NCBI RefSeq assembly: GCF_009914755.1
Contig: NC_060932.1
Strand: one strand, 5' to 3'
Source: the human T2T-CHM13v2.0 reference genome, Homo sapiens
DNA: 64,000 nt
Shown here: piece by piece, positions 1 through 12,500 of the stretch
How the letters are laid out: every line of letters begins with the position of its first letter
Numbering within the stretch: position 1 is the stretch's first letter
Notes under the pieces: generated by a model
Seen by the model: the letters and a program-made list of their open reading frames with translations, nothing else
What the model was told of the DNA's origin: nothing
The model's database searches: none
Made by a program: the position numbers and the translations under genes

Positions 1-120
1 CCATCTTCAAAGCCAGCAGTGGACCATCTTCAAATATCTCTCCAAGTCTTGGCTTCTGCTTCCTTCTTTTGTCTTTTAAGGACACTTAACAATTACATGA
101 GCCCACCAGGATAATTCACA
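1..120 (-). mobile_element. MLT1-type MaLR LTR fragment (cut by window edge)
   Basis: ttttaaggacacttaacaattacatgagcccaccaggataattca resembles the reverse complement of the MLT1 core (gattacattgggcccacccagataatcc). Confidence 0.55.
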
Positions 121-719
121 AGGTCTCTAAAAAGTAAACTAAAAAGATGGATTTTGGAAGCAAGCTAAAACCTGGTAAAGCAACACATAATCTTTTCTCT
201 TGCAGATTTAACCTAACCGTAGACTGTAGTCAGAGCATTTTGTCACAGTGGTGGTGGCCCAGACAGCTAAAGTTTAAAATGAAAAGCCTGTTATAGAACC
301 AAAAAAAAAAAAAAAACAGGAAAAATCTTCAGCCAGAAAGTATAGAGGAAATCCCAGAGAGAAGAGAGCTGGAGGTTGAAAAATCCTACTTCTCATGTGT
401 ATATTAAACTGTACAAGTTCCAGTGTTACCTCTGTGCTCCATACAAACATGACAGATCAAAAGTAGAACAGCAAATTTGTAGAAAACTGAACCTCAGTTT
501 AAACTGCCACAAAAATTGCCAACCTTGTGAGCCTGTGTTGCGAAGACACAAAGAAATATGTAAAGGCTGGGCTGAGATTAAGCGACCACCCAAGATTCAG
601 ACTAATACCAAAAGTAGTACATTAAACAGACCCAAAGGAGCAGAGCAAAAAACCATTTGACAACTGTACTGATATTGGGAATACAGATCACAGAGCCAAG
701 ACAGAATTCGTAGTCTTGA

Positions 720-1306
<587 letters not shown>

Positions 1307-2559
1307 TTTTAGAATATTTTAATAGTCTATAGTCTTTAAGTTTGTAGCCAAATCCACAAACTTAATATTCAAAACTTTGATGATAAAAGCCAAATTTAGT
1401 CAATATCCAAACACTGAGGGAAATTACATTAATCCTCAAAAAAAAAAAAAAAAAAAAGAGAAACAACAGATGCCAATCCAAAATGACCCAGATACTGGGT
1501 TTATACGGTTAAGACATTAAAGCAGATAATATAACTATTCTCCATGAGGTCATAGTAACTACAGTTGAAATAAATGAAAAGATAAAGTTCTCAGTAGAGA
1601 AAATGAAACAATAAAAAATGGAAATTTTAGAAATAAAAAATATGTTTGAATTAAATATATAAAGGATAGGCTCAAGATCATAATAAAGATAAAGAAAAAA
1701 ACAGTAAAGTTGAAGTTTAAAATTATCAATTACAAAGAGCAGGTAGGAAACATTTGCTTCTTTACATATGTTATAATCATACAATATATTGCATATTATT
1801 GGTAATTTTCAAACAATATTAATATATTGTGTTATTATATGAAATGGGGCAAGGGGATGTAATGATTGTAACACTTCTACATTTTGTTAGCAGTCAGAAA
1901 ATATTAAAACTAAAAGATTATAAAATATTAGAGTATCTCTAAACCACCATTACAAAAATTATGTAAAAAGTTTACTCCCCTGAGAGAGAAGATTAAAATG
2001 GATTGCTAAGATATATACAAAAGATACAAAAGAAAGAAGGAGTGGGAACTTAGGGAACAAATAATAGAACACCAAACCACAAATAAATATCAAAATGGTA
2101 GAAGTCAAATTATATCAATAATCACATATATGCACATTTAACAAAACCGTTAACTATATACTATCTATAGGAAACTTCTTAAGGAATAATATAAGGAATG
2201 TTCAGACTAGGAATTCCCAATGCTTATGTCAAATTCATAAATGTTTGCAGCTATTACTGTATCCAAAGGGATACTGTTCTACAATTGGCTTGCTTGTATC
2301 ATGTACCTCCTGGGCAAAGGAGGATAGTAGGCAGTCTAACATATGAACGCAAGATTTTTGTGTTACTTGAGGGAGAGCAAATACTATTTTTATAATTGTG
2401 GCAGCGTAACAAATCATATGAATGTTTAAGTCATTTCTGATTGAAATCTGCATTAAACATGCTAATTGTATTATATATATACAAGTATGAATGTATGTAT
2501 GTGTATGTGTGTGTGTGTTTGTATATGTAGACATATTTTTGACATTTATTTTTATCTAC

Positions 2560-2812
2560 AAGGTAGAGCAATGTCTTATGATTTGAGTTTTAGTGATGTT
2601 TTTCACAGAATGCTGACAATAATTAAAAGTGCATTGTATATTTCAAAATTGCTTAAAGATTAAATTTTAAATATTCTTACCACAAAAAACCCACATGTAT
2701 GTGAGGTGACAAATATGCTAATTAGCTTGATTTAATCATTCCACAAGGTAAATATATATTGAAACATCTCATCGTGTCTTATAACCAATTATATTATTTG
2801 ACAAATAAAAAT
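2560..2812 (+). mobile_element. L1MA-type 3' end
   Basis: gcattgtatatttcaaaattgct...gtgaggtgacaaatatgctaattagcttgatttaatcattccaca is typical L1MA 3'UTR, ending in aataaaa. Confidence 0.75.
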
Positions 2813-2814
2813 CA

Positions 2815-3130
2815 CTGGGTGCCGTGGCTCATGCTTATAATTCTAGAACTTTGGGAGGCCAAGGCAGGCAGATGCTTGAGCCCAGGAGTTTGAGACCAGC
2901 CTAGGCAACATGGTGAAACCTAGTCTTTACAAAAAAAATACAAAAGTGAGTTGGGCATGGTGGCACACACCTGTAGTCTCACCTACTCAGGAGGCTGAGG
3001 TGGGAGCATCACCTGAAACCAGGGAGGTTGAGGCTGCAGTGAGCTGTGATGGTGTCACCGTACTCCAGCCTGGGCAACAGAGTGAGATCTTGTCTAAAAA
3101 AATAAAAAATAAAATAAAAAATAAAATAAA
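2815..3130 (+). mobile_element. AluJ
   Basis: gcttgagcccaggagtttgagaccagcctaggcaaca and gaggttgaggctgcagtgagctgtgat are J-type; (AAAAT)n tail. Confidence 0.9.
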
Positions 3131-3491
3131 TTTGAAAAATTTAGCATCAAAAAAGGAAAATAAATCAAAAGTGTAATATTCTCACCTTCAAAGTTGGGAG
3201 TTAAGAGACCATTTTTAGAGCTGATTATATATATTTTTAAATTTTGACATAAATCTTTGTTTAGAACTGAAACAGCAGGGGATGCTGTGGGTCAGGATGG
3301 AATTGGCGGGGCTATATGGGAACATGCTCACATCTCTGGGTGTCTAAACAAGCCAGTACTTTTATGCCTTTGGTTTCCTGGAAATTGTAAGTAGGGAATT
3401 AATACTGGGACAGGAATATTGGTACATAGTATTCTATTGTGCAGAATTGTGACTCATAGATGTAATTTGTGTTTATATATTTTGTATTTTA

Positions 3492-3675
3492 TTATTATTT
3501 TCAACTTTTATATTAGATATAGGGGTATAAATGTGTTAGTTTGTTACCTGGGTATATTGTATGACACTGAGGTTTGGGTTACAAAGGACCTTATCACCCA
3601 GGTACTGAGACTAGTACACAATAGTTAGTTTTTAACCTTTCCTCCCCTCCTTATCTTCCCTCTCTCTTAGTCCAC
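3492..3675 (-). mobile_element. L1PB/L1PA15-16-type 3' end fragment
   Basis: ttgttacctgggtatattgtatgacactgaggtttggg...tcacccaggtactgagactagtacacaatagttagtttt is antisense L1P 3'UTR. Confidence 0.8.
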
Positions 3676-4189
3676 ACTTGGGCAGATCCATATTATGGAT
3701 GTAACAGCTTCTCAAATATTTCTGGGATTCTTTATTTGAATGTTAATATTTTGCTGTTGTTTTTTATTATATTTTTCTGTATTTATCCGTTGAATTATCC
3801 ATTTTCATTAGATTTTTTCATTTTTTATACCTTGTTCTCTTTCTTTAATTTCTCAAATATCTGGTGTGACAACAAGGAAGTAGTGTATGTAACTTCACAG
3901 TACAGCACATCTATTGCCAGATTTCATTTTAGGAAAGACATACAAAGTACCAACCATCATTCTTTTGAATCAAATAATTGCAGAAAGCAGAAGACTTTGC
4001 TTTAGTATATCAACTTTCAAATTTTCCTTAGTGTTTCCCAGGCTACCAAGACAGATTGTTTAATTACTTTGGGAAAAACAAACAAACGAACAACAACCAA
4101 AACCAAAAAACCTCTGATTTTTTTTTTTTTTTTCCCCAGCAGCACTAATGTAGTGAGAGGGAATAATGGTCTACTTTGTGAGTATGCCA

Positions 4190-4222
4190 TAAGTGTGTGA
4201 GAGAGTGTGTGTGTGTGTGTGT
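4190..4222. repeat. (GT)n/(GA)n microsatellite
   Basis: gtgtgtgagagagtgtgtgtgtgtgtgtgtgt. Confidence 0.85.
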
Positions 4223-4681
4223 ATGCAATCACCGTTCCATTTGAAGGTGCCTATTAGTGCACTTTATTTTAGCTGCATGTCTTCCATAATTCCTGATGTT
4301 ATCAATTTCTGACCTGAGCTGTTTTCTCAAAGAAAGTTTTGCAAGGTGAGACAGCTACTCAAAGCACCTTATGACATTTTCTTCACCTATGTCATCTACC
4401 ACCACTCATTCCATCTGGTTTCCACTTTTCAGGAGTTTATTGAACATATATTTTCCTGCGTTTATGTATTTTTTAAACTTTTACTCTAATGAGGTCTAAT
4501 AGAGAAAATACAGTAAATTCTTGTTTGTTTGCTATTTTACACTAAAATGTTTGGATTTATGTTAAACACACAAAGGTTTTAAATTTTATTTTAAAATTTT
4601 TCTTATTTATAAATTGCATATGTTTATGAATATGTTTATGAATGTAAAATTCAAAAACATAGTTGAATATATACAAATGAA

Positions 4682-4830
4682 ATACACATATGTATATATG
4701 TGTATTTCACATATATACATATACACACATATACATATATACATATATACATACATATACACATATATAAACATACATATACACATACATATTACACGTA
4801 TGTATATATGTGTAAGTATACATATATAAT
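4682..4830. repeat. Degenerate (TA)/(CA)/(TACA) low-complexity tract
   Basis: atacacatatgtatatatg...acatatatacatacatatac; source of the spurious ORFs at 4607-4903. Confidence 0.9.
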
Positions 4831-5227
4831 CGAACAACACATGGATGCTTTTATTTCTTGCATTCTAATACTTCTAAATAAATTTTTCCAAGTTAAAACC
4901 TAAAGATATTTTCCATTTATTAAAAAAAAAGAAGCATTCTATTCATTTTCTGCTCATTTTCTACATGCAGAAAAAAATAATGTGATAGATTCAAGAAGCG
5001 GAATTTACCTTAGATTATAAGAGACAGAAAATGGAAAATGCACAATTACTATTTTGAAGTAAACAACAATGAACATGAAAGTATATTAAATTACTACATA
5101 TTTATATTTACTTTTAAGCTAATTATTTTATTAGTAGTATATTTTCTATCTCTGTTTGTTTAAATGAGCAGTTCAGAGGATGGTACAGAAAATAAAAAGG
5201 TAGTAAACATACTTTAAGGAACATATG

Positions 5228-5647
5228 TGTCTTAGTCCATTTAGTGTTGCTATAAGGAAATACCCGAGGCTGGGTAATTTATAAATAATAGAGGTTTATT
5301 TGGCTCACAATTCTGCAGGCTGTAAAAGAAACAAGCACTCCTGGGGGAGGGCTTCAGGCTGTGTTCACTCATGGCAGGAGGTGAAGCAGGGCTGGCATAT
5401 GCAGAGATCACATGATGAGAGAAGAAGCAAGAGAGAAGGGGAGGAGGTACCAGGTTCTTCTTAACAATCAGCTCTCATTGGAACTAATGATTGAGTACTC
5501 ACTCACCCTTTACCCCAAGGAGGGCATTAACCTATTCATGGAGATCCCCTCCCTGACCCAAACACCTCTCATTAGGTGCTCATCTCCAACATTGGGGATC
5601 AAATTTCAACCTGAGATTTGGGGAAGAGAAACAACTAAACTATAGCA
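5228..5647 (-). mobile_element. MST-family (MSTB/C-like) MaLR solo LTR
   Basis: tgtcttagtccatttagtgttgctataagg...aaactatagca with TG/CA ends; exact 5-bp TSD atatg at 5223-5227 and 5648-5652. Confidence 0.9.
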
Positions 5648-6357
5648 ATATGCTTTTAAAAATAGCAAAAGAAGGAAAGGTCTGAAGGGGGAACTTCAAA
5701 AGAGAAAATGAAATAAATGCCAAAAGGAAATTGAAAGAGAAAAAAAATTAACAATTAGCCATTTAATAAATGTTTTAGGAGTAATCATGATATGCTTTGT
5801 AGTTATTTATATTTATATTTATGACCTTATGCCTTTTTAACAATGTGGAGGAAAAGTAGTTCACAATTATAATTATACTAATTATAACATAAATTATTAT
5901 TTATTTAACAGTTATTATGTTTGTGTTAATGCATTGAGTGATTTTAATTATCATTGTAATAACAAGCAACATATTTTATGTTAATGATGGAATCAAAACA
6001 GAGAAACTGACATATTCTGAGTAATGAATTGCTGTTAGTGGAAACAATCTGTATGACTATTAAAGTCATAATCTCTCACTCTGATTAGAAAAGTCAGGAA
6101 ACTTAGGTTTGAGGACAGAAATACTCATCCGGTATTTGTTTAACAGAAAACTATTATATTTTTTCAAATATCTTGCAATTTAAGAGATAGAGTGAATACC
6201 CTAAAACAGTGGATGAAAACCTGAAAATGAATTAGTACAAATAGAAAATATATTGGGACCTTCTATTAATTTTTAGTGTATTTTAATATTGTAAGTGAAA
6301 TAAAGAAAATTCTGATTAATCTCCCATCTTTCTGTATTCTTTAAAAATAGACATTTA

Positions 6358-6694
<337 letters not shown>

Positions 6695-8267
6695 TCATTT
6701 TATCAACCTACAATTAGAAGAAAGACCTGTCTTCATATCCCCATAATTAATTTAATTAAATGTAATTAAAATAACAAATGGGTAATGTAACTGAAAATTA
6801 GCAAATAATTAGACATTAACAAAACCTAGACATTAACAAAACCTAGAGAGACAAAACCTGATGACAATTATATAAACTTTATTTGGTGTAACAAAAGGTC
6901 TATTTAAAAATATATATTATAATATATAAATGTACACAGGTTATATAATATATATTTATATGTGTTACACATAATTGTATAATATGATCTTTATACTATA
7001 TATTCATATTGAATTTTTAATGTTCACTGCTTGACAGAAATTATGTTAAACCTGTGGATTAATTTGGGAAGCTTGACATCTTTACTATGTTCAGTCTTCC
7101 AAACCAAATATATAGCACGTATGTCCCTCTTTATATTTAGATTTTATTTCACTACTTCTAACACTATTTTGTAGACTTTAAGAAAAAAGTCCAATTTGTT
7201 TTCTTAGATTTACTTCTTGTTAGCATTAGAAATACCTAAGCATGTTTTCTGAGTAATTATAAATGATAAATGTATTTTTAATTATTGTGTAAATACATTC
7301 ATTTGTAGTATATAGATACAAAATCAATATCTCTATGTCGATCTTGTTACATAATGACCTTGCTATTGGGACTCATTATTTCCAGGAGGTTGTTTTGTTT
7401 AGCTAAGGTTTCTTGAGATTTTCTTTGTAGCCACTTGTGTTATTTGCATATAGAGGCAGTCTTATTTATTCCTTTCTGCTCTGTATATATTTATTTCTTT
7501 TGCTTAGCTTACTGCACAGCCTAGAACTGCCAGAACAAAGTTGAGTAAGAGTTGAGGGCATGTGTTCTTTATCTTATTTCTGATCATAAGGGAGAAAATA
7601 TCATGCTAGTAGTTTCTATTTTATTTTTTAAGAATGCTCTTTTTCAAGTTGAGAAAGTTTACCTCTATTTCTATTTTTCTAAGAGTTTTTTATCATGCAC
7701 GAATGTTGAATAACTGTCCCAAGTTCCTCCCCGCCCCACAGGTTGATATGATGTTATTTTTTAAAACATTACTGTTAATATGGTAAATCACACAGAATGA
7801 TTTTTTGAATATTGAACCAGACTGCATCCCTGGAATAAGCATTACATGGTCATGATCTATCACTCCTTTTGCATATAGCTGCACTTTATTTACTAATATT
7901 TTGTTAAGGATTATTATATTTATATTCATAATGGATATTGGTCTGTAATTTTCTTTTATTATACTGTATTTATCTGGTTTTAGTATCAGTGTAAGGCTAG
8001 TTTCATAAAATAAATTGGACAGTGTTCTCTCATTGGGCAATATTTTTCAATTGACTGTGCCAACCTCTATCTTGAATTGTCTTGGCTATTCAGAAAATTT
8101 ACAGTTAATTTAATTATTGATATGTTAGAGTTTAATACTGACATTCTTCTGTTTGTCCTCTTTGTTTTTAGTTGTTTGGTTTAGATTATTTGCCTTGTTG
8201 TGGGTAACTTGAACAATGTTTTAGGATTTAATTTTGATTTATATGTAGTATGTTTCAGAGTATCCTT

Positions 8268-8794
8268 TTCACCAGCACATCCTTAATGCTCCCCTCAGCT
8301 TGTCTAAAATCTAAATAGGTTTCTTTCTATGGACCCTTGGCATCCGTTTTCTTACAGAGCATTTACTTAGAAAACTTGCAATTGTATTTTTTCTGCATAT
8401 TTCAAATGTAACTCATCTCCCAGCTCTGTTACAGTTTTGCCATCCAGGAATATCTTTTACAAGGACCTGGAAACCATCCTTTTGAAACATAATAATCAAG
8501 TTAAATAGCATACCTATCATCTACCAGTCTACGGGAAGTTAGGAGCTTAACTTCTATAAGCGCCAATTAGCAAACTCAGGTGGCCTAATCACACTGGCCA
8601 ATTTCCCCCTAATATCCTCCAGAACTTTTCCACTACCTCACCCCAGTGCTTAAAGACTCTCCTGCCTTTTGTATCAACAGAAATAAGTTTGATGTCTCTC
8701 CTATTGCGATAGTCTCCCTACTTTATTGCAATAGTTTTGAATAAAGCCTTCTGTGTCATTTTTAGCAAGTGTCTGGTACAGTTTCTCTTTGAAA
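8268..8794 (+). mobile_element. ERV1 (MER4-group) LTR, MER31/MER67-like
   Basis: cagagcatttacttagaaaacttgcaattgt, caaggacctggaaaccatccttttgaaa, aagcgccaattagcaaac; aataaa at ~8740. Confidence 0.7.
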
Positions 8795-9530
8795 CTTCCT
8801 GTAGCTTTTAGAGTGGTTGCTCTAGGCATTTTAGATAGATGGATAGATAGATAGATAGCCAAAACAACAGAGTCTACTGATGTTGTTACTTTACCAGTTC
8901 AAAGGAAGTATAAAAACCCTAATCTCTTTATGTCCGTTTACCCTCATTTATATATTTAAAAAAAAAATTCTGTAGGTTACATTTTAATCACACCAATAAA
9001 TATTATTATTTTTGTTTCAATAATTAAATTTAGATAACTCAAGAAGAGAAAGGAAGTCTATTGTATTTACCTATAAATTTATTTACCATATTTTTTTTCC
9101 TTTCTCATGTTCTAAGTTTACTTATTTTATTGTTATCTTTCTATCTAGAAAAAATTTTTAGCCATTTTTAGCATAGATTTGCTGGAGAAAAATTCTCTTT
9201 GTTTAACTTTTTCTGAGAATGTCTTGATTGTCTCTTCATCCTAAGGAATATTTTTATCTGACATAGGATTCTGGGTTGACACTTGAAAAATGTTGTGCTG
9301 CTTCCTCTGTCCTTCATGGGTTTTGATGAGAAATCCACTGTCACTTGAACTATATTCCCCTTAAGGTGTCATTTCTCTCTTATTGTTTCCCAGGGTGATT
9401 TTCTTTATATCTGGTTTTCAGAAGTTTGACTATGCTGTGTCTTGGTGTATAATTTTTTGAATTTATCCTAGTTGGTGTTTGCTCTGCTTCTTGACTCTGT
9501 AGATTTAAATGTTTTGCCAAATTAGGAAAC

Positions 9531-9956
9531 TATGTTAGTTTATTCTTGCATTGCTATAAAGAAACATCTGAGGCTAGGTAATTTATAAAGGAAAGACATT
9601 TAATTGGCTCACAGTTCTGCAGGTTGTACAGCAAGCATGGCACTGGCCTCTGCCCAACTTCTGGGTAGACCTCAGGAAACTCACAGTCATGGTGGATGGT
9701 GAAGGAGACGCAGGCATATTACGTGGCCAGAGTAGGAGCAAGAGAGAGCAAGGGAAGTTGCTGCACACTTTTATAATAAGCAGATTTCACAATAACTCAC
9801 TCACTATCACAGGAACAGCACCAACGGGATGGTACTAAACCATTCATGAGAAACTGCCCCCATGATCCAATCACCTTTCACCAGGCCTCCCCTCCAACAT
9901 TTGGGATTGCAATTAGACATGAGATTTGAGCAGTGACACAGAGTCAAACCATATCA
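9531..9956 (-). mobile_element. MSTA MaLR solo LTR
   Basis: ttcttgcattgctataaagaaa...ggctcacagttctgcagg...caaaccatatca; exact TSD gaaac at 9526-9530 and 9957-9961. Confidence 0.9.
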
Positions 9957-10493
9957 GAAACTTTTCATCCACTAGTCTTTTGAATAATTTGTTTAGCTGT
10001 ACCCTCTTTATGGTCTTCTGATATAAGAATGACACAAATATTAAAACTTTTGCTATAGTTCTATGGTCTCTGAGGCTCCATTCACTTTTTTAACTCTATT
10101 TTCTCTCCTTTGCTCAGATTATGTAATTTCTATTGTTCTATTTTCAAATTCACCTATTTATTTGTTTTTCTTTGTTTCTTCCATTCTGGTGTTCGGCCTA
10201 CACACTGAGGTTTTCTTTACTTATTTTTATCAGTTATTGTATTTTGTTGAAACTATTTCTTTCCTGAGATGTTTTTTTTTTCACTCATTTCAAACATTTT
10301 TGTAATTGGTTATCATGGCATTTTTATGATGGCTGCCTTAAAATATCTTGGTCAGATAATGCTGACATCATTGTTATCCTGGTATTGGCCACTATTGACT
10401 GTCTTCTCTCATTCAGTTTGAGATTTTTTTACTTGCATTGCTATAAATAGTTTGAGATCTCTATAATTCTTTTTAGGACAAGTGACTGCTTCT

Positions 10494-10845
10494 TGCTACG
10501 GTTTGGCTTTGTGTTCCAACCAAAATCTCATCTTGTAATCCCCACGTACTGATGGAGGGACCAGGTAGGAGGTGATTGAATCATGGGGGAGGTTCTCCCA
10601 TGCTGTTCTAATAATACTGAGGGAATTCTCACAAAATCTGATGGTTTTAATAGTGGCAGATTCCCATGCGTGCACTCCCTCCTGCAGCAATGTAAGACAT
10701 GCCTTGCTTCACCTTTGCCTTCTGACATAAGTTTCCTGAGGCCTCTGCAACCATGTGGAACTGTGAGTCAATTAAACCTCTTTTGTTTATAAATTACACA
10801 GTTGCAAGTAGTATCTTTATAGCAGTACAAAAAGGGACTAATACA
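10494..10845 (+). mobile_element. THE1 (THE1D-like) MaLR solo LTR
   Basis: tgctacggtttggctttgtg...aaatctcatcttg...gaactgtgagtcaattaaacctc...ggactaataca; TSD cttct/cttat (1 mismatch). Confidence 0.9.
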
Positions 10846-12189
10846 CTTATTAAAACTTTAACATTTTAGGTATGAGGTAATGAGGTTCTGGACTTTATTT
10901 AAAATTTCTGTTTTTGCTGTTTCTCTCTAATACAGTTCTTACAAATAAAAGGAGCCTGCTGCCTCATTACCATGAGGAGGTTTGAATGTCCATAGTTCCC
11001 ACTCAGCCTATGTTGACACCCAACAGGGAGTGCTTGTTGTCACAACTTCGTGTAGGTGGGAGTTCTAGTTCCCCTTCATGCCTTCAATGATATACTGTCT
11101 CTGGCCAAGAGGTTCAGGAGTATATCATTAATAAACCCCATGGATACTTGAGGGAAAGTAGCCTCATAACTGCTGTAAAATTGAGATAAAATTTATGACT
11201 CTTTGGCTGGCCTTTCTGACACTCTCAGTGGGGTGAAGAAAGGGTTACCTCCTTAATGACAGGTTGGTTTGAAAACCCAAGCTCTTCATGCAATCTCCAC
11301 TGACACCACATATTTCCTGGCTAGGATGGAAAAATCTGACTCCCTACTAGGCTTTCTCTCCTACCATCCCAGCGCAAGAGCTGAGAAGGTTCTTTACAGC
11401 ATGAGGATGCTAGAAATCTAAGCTCCCGCTGGGAATTTGCTTTTATGGTTGGGGGTGAGAACACCATTTTTGTTTATTTGTTTGTTTGCTTTTTTTTGTT
11501 TTTCTGTGTTTTTTGCTGGAGTAAAGCTGTTTTGTCAAAGTTTTCTGTCTTAATAGGCCACCCTTTTCTTGAACCTTTGGCTATAAATGAAAGCTTTTAG
11601 GGGAGCCTTGGCTGCATGCATTGGTATTTTTCAGTGTTAGCTTCTTCAGCTCCAAGTCTGGAAAATACAAGGCAAAACAAACAAACAAACAAACAGCAAC
11701 AACAACAAAAACAAGCAGGAATTAACAACCATGCCCTTTTTGGGTCTTAATGTCCCTAGCCATTCTCTCTTTTCCTACGTTTTAAAGTCTCATTATGTTT
11801 GTTTTATATATGATATCCAGGGTTTTTTTTTTGTATTTAATGTGAAAAAGAGGAAAAGTGTGTTTACTTCATTTTGTCAGAAGCAGAAGTCCCCAGTTTT
11901 TTCATTTATTTATTTTTAATGGTCTATCCTTTATATTTCAAATTTCCCCGTTGTATGAGGTTCTTGATTCTGTGGGGATGGAATGTGTACAGTGCTGTAC
12001 GATGAACAGGCAAGGAGCTAGTGTTTGTAACACACGACCCCTAAGTGATAGAAATCTGTTTCCTGTTTTCTTTTGTGGTACTAAGCCTCACTTGGAATGA
12101 GATTTCTATACCTAGAAGAATCAGTCAAGGAAAGAGGGCAAAGTCTCATAATACATATATTACCATGGAGATCCCAATATTATATATGG

Positions 12190-12500
12190 GAATTGGTCAG
12201 GTTTCTGCTATAATAGAAGTACATAGCAAATCCACCTCAACAACAAATATTTTTTTTCTTGTGCCTTGATCAGTAGATGGGATAAAATCAGCTCCAGGCT
12301 AAGTCTGGTAAGGTTCTGCCCTACATGTCTCATCATACAACTTGCAACAAGAGATGTCTTCTCATGGAGATGGTGGAAGTACACAAAGAGACTAAGCCAA
12401 ATTGCCCAAGCACATTTAAAGTTTCTATTTGTGTCACATTGTATAACATTCTACCATCAAATGCAACATGAATAAGACAGGGAAATATACTCCGTAACTG
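12190..12500 (-). mobile_element. Old MLT1 (K/L-like) LTR remnant
   Basis: ctcatggagatggtggaagtacacaaagag...aagcacatttaaagtttct...gtgtcacat resembles antisense old MLT1. Confidence 0.4.

Larger units (their letters stand above)
7035..11892 (-). mobile_element. Old L1M (L1MC/MD-like) 5'UTR to ORF2 remnant with nested LTR insertions
   Basis: ORF 7693-8040(-) reads LFYETSLTLILKPDK..KENYRPISIMNINIIILNKILVN..DHVMLIPGMQ, homologous to L1 ORF2p just before the RT core; ends at ...gtcagaagcagaagtcc, like an L1M 5' start in antisense; may be more than one element. Confidence 0.7.

Noticed and set aside
7693-8040. 115-aa ORF with reverse-transcriptase-like sequence as a functional gene
   Set aside because: It is a decayed L1 ORF2 fragment bounded by disrupted L1 sequence
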